Below, one piece after another: positions 51,701 to 60,700 of a stretch of 64,000 nt of DNA. The translations under genes were made by a program, and so were the position numbers. The stretch is from Perna viridis (lineage: Eukaryota). Where the stretch lies: contig CM074512.1 in the NCBI GenBank assembly GCA_037379345.1, forward strand, positions 45,508,001 through 45,572,000, read 5' to 3'. Under the pieces are notes generated by a model, which saw nothing but the letters and a program-made list of their open reading frames with translations, made no database searches and was not told where the DNA came from. Position 1 is the first letter of the stretch, and every line of letters starts with the position of its first letter.

Positions 51701-54700
51701 TTGGCAGGTAGACTTTGCCAAAATTATTTGACATCTAGATCATTTCAACATATTTGCTTTTTGATGCAATCAAAATGCAAAACTATACAACTGATTTTCT
51801 ACTTTTACTAGTCTTATAGCAAGTAGTACAAAGGTTCTAACCAAAAATCCTAGGGGGGGTCATTAATGAAAAACAGGCATTAGACAGGTAACCTTACAAA
51901 TTTGGTATCATGACTTCTACTTTTGTTATCCAAAGCCTCAGACTAGTTGCAAGGATTCAAACTGCTTAAAATAGCAGTACATGTAGTATGATAAAATGGC
52001 CAGTTAACAAGTACTTTGCAAATTCTTGACAAAATAGATAAGAATTATTTAATGATTGTAATACCTGGCAAATGTAATGTAAGTTAATACTTTTTGTAGT
52101 TACCTGCTATACAATGCCATATAGTCTTGAAACATGCTATAAAATAGACAGTTGCTATGTGTATATATATATATATATATATATAAGTGCTTTTTATGAT
52201 GTCATGTGTGCGTCAAATTGTAGCATTATTGTGCTTTATGATTTTTTTAATTGTTATATGTATGATGAAGGTAATTCTGCAAAAGTTTTTGAAATTAAGA
52301 CAATCTCATTTAATGGAAAATAATAAGGGAATCATGTCAGTTATTATTAATTTTAACATTAGCAATGAGATGTAGAATAACTTAATCAGTAGAAATTCTA
52401 CATTGAAATCTGTCTATACTGTTTATATGTTAATAGTCTTGCAACTCTTTAATTTTCACAGATTTAAAACATAATAATGTATACTAATTGACATTAAAAA
52501 GATTGGATTAGACAAATTTCTATGTAAAAAAAAAATTGCTAGTTTTATTTTTGTACTAGAGCTAAATTCAGTCAAATAATAGGTTTACTCTGGGTTAAAC
52601 TAAGGGCTCTGTATAGACTGGTTTCATGGTTGTTCAACAAGTAACACAATCATCATTTAATACACATTAAAATCATAGTAGAACATAAATATTGGTTATT
52701 TCAGAGTTTTGCTGAAGAAATGCTAATGGTACAATGTTTTGTTGCGTTTTGTTTTATTTTGCTGTTTGTTTTCATTTTGAAATTCATTGATGCTTTGTCT
52801 GGTCTATTTGTATATTTTTTATTCAAAATGGCAAAATTTACGTTTTTTGTGTCTAAATGTGTTGCACTAATTTAAATGATTACTGTATGAAAAGAATAAA
52901 TATAACCACCTTTCACTTTCAGTATCTTATTGGGTCAATATTATCTTTATCAATTTAAACTGATTTCTAAAATCAGCATCCTGTTGCCATAAAGGGGCCA
53001 GTTGTATACTTCTCAATGAATTTCAATTTTGTTTATCTGTGTTAATATACTGTGCATTATTTTCAAATAAAAGAAGCATGTTTTGGTGGAAGGACTTGAA
53101 ATTTTCATTTTGGTGTAAATGAAAGGAGAATTAATCAGAAAGATGTTTTTAGATGAAAATTGAAAATTGTAAATGTACAGTATATATAATGTGTATTGTT
53201 AATAGAAAGTGTGCATGAAAAACTGTTTATTGAACAAATGAATTCTTAGTCATTCACTTCTTAAAATAAATCTTAGCCATATGAAATCAGCCAGCTATAA
53301 GTTAAATAATGCATTTTGTTGTTTAAGGGAGCCCTTATAATTGACCTACATTTAAAAAAAAACAAATTATTACAGAAGTTTTATATTGTTGTTTTGAATG
53401 ACTAAGAAATCTCATTTGTAATTGATTATGGAGTTTTTTTTTCCATGCTTTGATTTTTTATGTTCAAAATCAAATTGTGTGAACAGGTCACATGAATGTC
53501 AATGTAGTTATTAGAAACACAGAGTTTTTTTATGAGTTACTGTGAAACAAACACACTTTGTCAATGAACTTTTGAATTGAGTATAAGCATGAGTTTAATT
53601 ACACAATTTCATTTTTCTTCAATTAAATAAGTTTTGAATGATTTATAAGTTAAACATGTGGATTTATATATTGGTTTCCTTAATAATCATGGGTGGATCC
53701 AGAGATTTTGAAAAGATTTGGTTTAAAGAGGTTACTGTCCATGCTATTATTTGCTAAATTTTGACAAACTTTTGCTCCAGATTAACAAAATTTTCCATGA
53801 AAAAGGGAGGCTTAGACTCCTTGAAACCCCTGGATCTGCCACTGACAATTATCAGTATTTTGGGTTTCAGAAGCTGTAATGGTTCATTATAGTTTTATAC
53901 AAAAAAAAGTGAACTAAATGAAATTGTTATAATTTGCATACATTTACATTTACTTCTAAAATTAGATAAGATTAAATTCCACAATGAAATCAGTAGTAAG
54001 ATTTAGATAATATTTTTTGGTGTTAAGTCTTGTTGAATGTATATTTAGTTTATTTCTGAAACATTTTTCGGGTGCTCTTCGTTGATGTCATGATACTAAA
54101 TATAGGCATTCTGTAATACCATTGTAAGTTGTTTCCCTGGAAAATAAAGGAAAAAAGGCAAATTTAGAGACTATGTGTATAATATGTTGAAACAGTTTAT
54201 GCATCATGTATACATTGTTTTTTTAAGTGAATTTGGTTATTTTATAGGAGTCTGAAGCTGATATTGAAGACTTCCTTCTAAAGAGTCTTGAAGTGGAAGA
54301 AGGGGTAATAATTTATTAAGAAAAATATTTTTTTCATGAAGTCTTGGTTGTTAAATGATAATTTTTACAGATATTTAAAAATATCAGTTTTTTGGAAGAG
54401 AATGATTTAAAAATTTGATTACAAGATGAACCAACTTTCATAGTTATCAAGGACTATGAAAAATACCCCAAATTCTGTTATCCAAGAAAGATACATGCCA
54501 TTCCTGCGATAACCATGAAAATTCTTGCAAATTTTTTCACTTGACAGAATTTGCAAAAGTTAACAACAGAAAAATGTTTCAACTTACAATTTTAAACTTT
54601 TCAGTTACCAAAATTTCTAAAAGCAAGTGTGCAATGTCATGTCCTGCATCTAGCCTATATACCATTCATTAGTGTTCTATTATATTGAAAGATCAAGAAA

Positions 54701-57700
54701 GACATTGTTAAATCAAGAAATCTATTGACATTAATTTTCTTGTCCTTTCAGCCAACTGACGAAGCTGTAAAATGGCAAAAAGTTTTATACCGTAAAATTG
54801 GTGGATCTACAGATACACAACTGGATCAGAACAAAGTTATTGACAGAATATTGTCCATGGCCAAGGTCATGCATGGACTTCATACTGTAAGGGAAAAGAA
54901 TACACTTTATCTGTTGTAATAATTTTGTATACTTACCTTTAAACGCCATTTTTTGACTATCCTTCATTTCTTTCTCTTTTTTTTTTTTAAGTGTTATATT
55001 TTGGGTTTTCTAGTAAGAAAAGGCTTTTTATAGGGTGTATATTGTGATGGAGGTATCTGTCCTTACTTCCTTCATTCCGTTATGCAGAGGGGGCCCATCT
55101 CCTACACCTCAAAATGAAATTTGATGCAACTTGCACAGAATCTTCATTAAATATTTCCATTGTGCACCTCCTATGTCAAATTTTGATATAAATAATGTGG
55201 GGCTTTGTCATTTATAAATATATAATATTATAAGGCCTGAAATAATAATATTAATTAAATATTTGTATAGGGATATCAACCTTAATCACGTCATTTCCCT
55301 GACACATTAAAATTATATTCCAGTATGACAAGTATGTAGACCAATCATTTAGGATTAAGCCAATCAGTGTCATTTATTTTGATTTTACACCATTAATCAT
55401 GAATCTAATTGGTTGACATCTAGATAGAAATTTTTTGTTGTTATCTTTTATATTTTCTGTTGATATTTATTTATGTTGTTAGACCTTTATGTTGTATGTA
55501 CTTAAGAAATCTAGATACATGTAGATACATGTTAATTTGATTTATCTTTAGTTCGACCAACTGAGAGATGAAATTGATTGGATTTATCATCACACTGTAT
55601 GTAGGCATTAACACCTCTCGAATGCCCCTCCCATCGTAGAATTTAATGTGACGTTGCCCCTCCCATTATAGAAAGTTACTAGATCATGTTGTTTGAATTC
55701 AGATAGATGTACACTCCACGGTTTTGTGGAGTAGCTTAGTTGTGTTTGAGGAGTGACCAATGGCTAGACTGCTATTTTATGTACACCATGAATATTTTCA
55801 GTTAAACATTATTGATGTACTAATGTAGAAAGTATCACTTAAACTAACTAGTTTTTATGTAAAGTGAAATGACCAGTTACTGAAGCTTACTAAAACATAT
55901 TATCTCTCTAGTTCATATTGTTGATAAAATATCTTAAAGTGTAAAAAAAAAATTCCTTAAAGGCTTTAATTGCAGCATGCAGAACATAGATGATAATTGA
56001 TATCCAAGGCTTTACTTTTATACTGGAGAATTGCTCATTGCTTGCATGAATGCTAGCTTTGGAAATTGATATAAAGAGTTCTTAGAATAAGAAGTAGACT
56101 GAAGTGTTCTGTCTTGCTTTTCTTTCAATAAAACAGGATTCATTGAAAATAAAATAGAATTAGTTTACAGTACAACTATGTAATAAAGTGATCAATTATT
56201 CACCATAACAAAGCATGACTATATTCTTAACTTCTTGAATTACTATGATAGGATAGTGATTAGTGTCTCATATTTAAGTATAAGTACTTGTATTTCTTGT
56301 CCAAATATGATTCACCTGAACAGACATAAACATATCTTGCTTCACCATTAACATAATGCTTTTAAATAATCTGAATGATACCATTCAGCTCGTAGCTTTT
56401 ACTTTTAACTATCTATTTTCCTTACTATTAAAAAAACTATTAGAAAGCCAAAAGAAAAGTCATCAGTGAAGGAATCCTTATTTATTTTTGTTATGGTGAC
56501 CTATTTCTTATTCTTTTATATTAAAATAATAGGTTGAGCATCCCTCCTCATCTCACAAGAGTGCTTGGCGTAAAGTTATATCAACCCAGAGGAAGAGAGC
56601 TGTCATGGCCTGTTTCAGAATGGTGCCATTACATAGTCTACCCAGGTAGGTTGTTATATTTAATAGCCATTTTAGCTGTAGTAAATTAAAAAAATTATTG
56701 CAATGTTTTTATTATTGCAAAAAATAAGACAAAATTGCAATAATTAAACATTGAGCTTTAAAGGTAGTGAGACGTTTTCTAAAATTCACAGCAGATTAAA
56801 TTCCTTTTTTGTCTCATTTACAAAACTGCAATGATTAATGCATGCAATAGTTTCTTAATTTATAATATAGAATTGGAACTAAGGGGTATTATCTGTATAT
56901 CTTAAGCAATGGTTGAACTGAAAGGTAGGTTTCATGGATTGCAAACACAATGAACCACTCTAAACAAATATGGTACTTACTTCATATAATCAATGACTCC
57001 AATTGTAACGGGAGAGCATGATTTGACTTACAAAATTATACTCTGCCACCAAGGATCGAACCTTAGACTGCTTGGTGACATGCCAGTGACAAACTGATTT
57101 TGCTAAAAAATTGATCCTGTAGCCAAGTCAATTAATTAGTTATTTAATTCTCACTATGTACTACAGTGCAGGTAGGCCATCCTGCCACACAATCAATTTG
57201 ATTCAGGTCAATTTTAAACTTTACATTTCCTTCTCAATATCTGAACTTTATTTTGCAATGGTAAGTTGGAGTGCAAGAATCAGAATTCCAGAGGAGTTTT
57301 AATGTAATTTTTTTTTGGTGTTTTTTACAGACATAGGGCAATAAATCTATTCCTCAAGTCATACAAGGTACAGTGGTTAGAGACAGAAGAGTATGAGAAG
57401 AAAATACTTATAGAAGATGTCACTGTAAGTGCTCACATCTTTATGTTCTATATATAGATAGAGAGTCTAAGGATTCTACTAATTAATAAACTTAATAGGT
57501 TGTCATTAAATAACTTTTCTGTACAAATAAATAACTATACAAATTTAATTAGTTTGCAAAACAGTAAAAAGGTCTTTAAAAATCTTCAGTTATTTATGGT
57601 TAACTTGTAAGGGAAGTTTTAAAATAATTGTCATTTATTAAGGGAAGATCTGTTCTTACCCATGAACATATTCATTATAAGTGCTGCAAATGTCAAAGAT

Positions 57701-60700
57701 TCTGGCTTTGCACTACAATACTTTTGTTCTTCCATTATTCAGAAATCTGATGAGACTGAAGATGAAGTTGAAAAGAAAGAGGCTGATGAGGATGAAAAAC
57801 CTGATCCCCTTACACAGCTGATCACCTGCCTGTCGAGAGCAGCTACAAAGGAACAACAGGGCAGCTTACCGGAGGATCCTATCTACATGTCATATGCCCA
57901 GATCATGGGACAGGTGAGTCATCTTTTCTAATTTCTGAAAAAATTAAAATTAAAAACTACTGCCATTGGTTATCTGTTATTTATAAAACACATGTTAGTG
58001 CAGCATACTTTTCAGTGTTTAAGAGTCTTCGTACATGTATATTATTATTTTGTTTCAGATTAATCATTTTAGGGCTCATTTTGACCTTTTCTCTGATGAC
58101 TGAGGACTAGAAAATTTCTGTTTATGCTTTTAACACTTAATGTTTAAAAAAAAACACCAAACTTCTAATAAAATACACATCATTTATTCATATTCAGAGT
58201 TGCCATGGTGAAGACGAGGATGATGATGATGATGATGGTGGAGGTGATGAGGAAGGACCTGGTTCCTCCTTCCAGGTAATATTAACTTCCTCCTACTATT
58301 GGACAACCATAATGTTAAATTCCTCCCACTAGTGGAGCACTGTTTGATGGTGCTTTTGTAGGTTGCTTCTGTGAATGTGCTTGCTAAAGGCATTGGTGAT
58401 CATTCAGATATGTTTTGATTGTTTTACTAATAGAGTAAAATTAATTGAAGCTGTAATGGTTTATACAACAAACTTTTTATCAGCATGAAAGTTAACTCTT
58501 TGGAGCATTTATTTTACTGTCTATTTCACTAATATGTAGATAGGCCTAAACACTGTACCTACAAAATTTTAATCTTTCAGTTTTACTGTTTCAAACTCTT
58601 CTTTAAGTTTTAACTTATTTGTCCACAACTCAAATATTAAGATATTTGCTTTGCACTGCTGCACGTCTAACTTGACTTTGATGAAAGCGTCATAAACAAA
58701 ATCAATTCTTTAGTCTGCTTAATTCTTAAATTCAGTGATAAAATATGAAAAAAAATATGTAAGAGGGTTGATGTTACTTGTCTTGCGTACATATTTTTAT
58801 GGTGGATCAACATTTTTGTTAAATTATTTTTTTTTATATCAGGAGATTTTTTAGATTTTCTGAGAATAAAATTATGTGAAGGCAGTCACAATTTTTTTTC
58901 TTATGAATATCTAAATGTTTTAACACCAAAGCCTTTTTAATAAGTGTTTAAATAGAACACTTTTCATACATACTATCATTAATTCTTTTCTTGAATGAAG
59001 AAGTAAGGCATTTTGTTTTTTAGCCCTTTTTACATTTTAGTCATTAGTGCTGTTTAAGAGATTTTAAGAGATATATAATAAAAGGCATTTTTGGTTCAAA
59101 TCTAGATTGGCTAATCATTTCTTTTAATTGAGTGTCATGGAGGTGGGTTTTATTCACCAATAATGAGCAGTACTATTTATATTATAGAAGTATAACATTG
59201 CATTGAGGATGATAAAGTCACTTTTCTTGTCTTCTTTATTGCATTTTCTTTTCCATTTGAATGCAAATCTATCAGTTGCACATGGAAATTCTCAAGGTAC
59301 ACTGGAAATACATGTCCCCCATAGATAGAGCATGTATCCTCAGTTTTCTTTCCATTACTCATTCTCACTCTTTAGCTAGTGCATGTTTTCCATCTTAGTA
59401 GCATTGTAGACAAGTTAATATACTCTGTGTCAGAAGGAAACAGTTTTCAACATTACCAGTCCATTTCTGGGTAGTTTTGTATCAGTCTTGTAAGAATCAT
59501 GCAAATTCTGTAATAAGTGATACACCCCAAAAAAGATTACACATTTTTATTTTTGTTATTAAGGTGCTTTATAGGTCTATATGATGAAATGTAGAATCAT
59601 TTATTCCGAACTGTTTGCTGTTAGGAGATAATTCACAATGAAAATCCAATGGTTTCTACTACTGTATTTTAGTGTCATTTACAGTTGCCTGAATATAGCG
59701 GAAATATTGCTGCTTGGGCATTAAACCCCAATAATCAATTAATCGGTCATTTACAGAGATATCTCCTTTAATTTTGAATTCTACAGTACTTTCTGTATAT
59801 TCTTTATATCTGTTTTGAACATGGATTACATGAAAATCCACATGTTATTTTTTGGTTTATTTAAGCATTTTAAACAAAATATGGAGGCTTTCCAACCATG
59901 TATCACATTTTGCATGATTCTTAACTGGAGTGCTACTTAAAACATGTCCAATCCATTGTCATTTGTTTGCATTGCTATGTAGACGAACACTCTCTTTACC
60001 TTGTAACGAGCACAGCACTGCTTCAATGTATTTAGATCTTGTTATATTTAAATATTAACTCAGTATGGTACACTAAATAAAAGCATTCAAGATATTTTAT
60101 ACATTTCAAGTTCTCACCTCATGTTGTAGATAGGGTGTCATGCAAGTTGAATGTAAGATTTCTTTAGATAGGGATAATAAACTGTAGGATAGTAATTTGA
60201 GAATTTGAGAGAGTTATTTTGGTGTGCTGGTGATGCAGGGGTTCAAATTTACCTTCAAGAGTGGAAATTTCCTTGACTCTTCCAGGTTTTCAATTTTTAA
60301 GGAAAAAAGGTCCTCATGAGTTTCAGTTGAAAAGGTTTAAGGTTCAGGATTCAGGTAAATGAAATTTCAAATGACTTAGGTCAGAAATTTAGGTTCCTGG
60401 ACCTCAGACCAACTCTTTAATTTGAAACCCTGTGATGGGGGTTACAGGTGAAAAAAAGATGTAAGTTAATTCATATATTGTTAACAATGCTGTAAAACAG
60501 GATTTGGAATGGTTGATGCTTAGTGGAATCTTAAGAGCATGAGAAGAAGGGATTAAGTTAAAAAAAACAACTGAATCATGCAAAACATTATAATTAACAG
60601 CCCCAAATTTTCAAATGTAAAATGCCAATTCTGCTATAATGGTAGTGAAGTCAGAGGAAATTTTGACATTTTGAAGTAATTGATATGTTTCATCATCCTT

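Noticed and set aside
52705-52728. 24-nt phase 0-0 candidate (SFAEEMLM)
   Set aside because: Weak donor (gtacaa) and no homology argument; not supportable without RNA data.
57040-57106. Possible tRNA gene on the minus strand
   Set aside because: Only the B-box is intact and I cannot build a cloverleaf; treated as part of a repeat.
58184-58393. Minus-strand poly-His ORF
   Set aside because: Antisense reading of the (GAT)n poly-Asp exon w67.
59983-60002. 20-nt segment with a TGC-rich acceptor
   Set aside because: Not a multiple of three and the donor is weak; it would frameshift.
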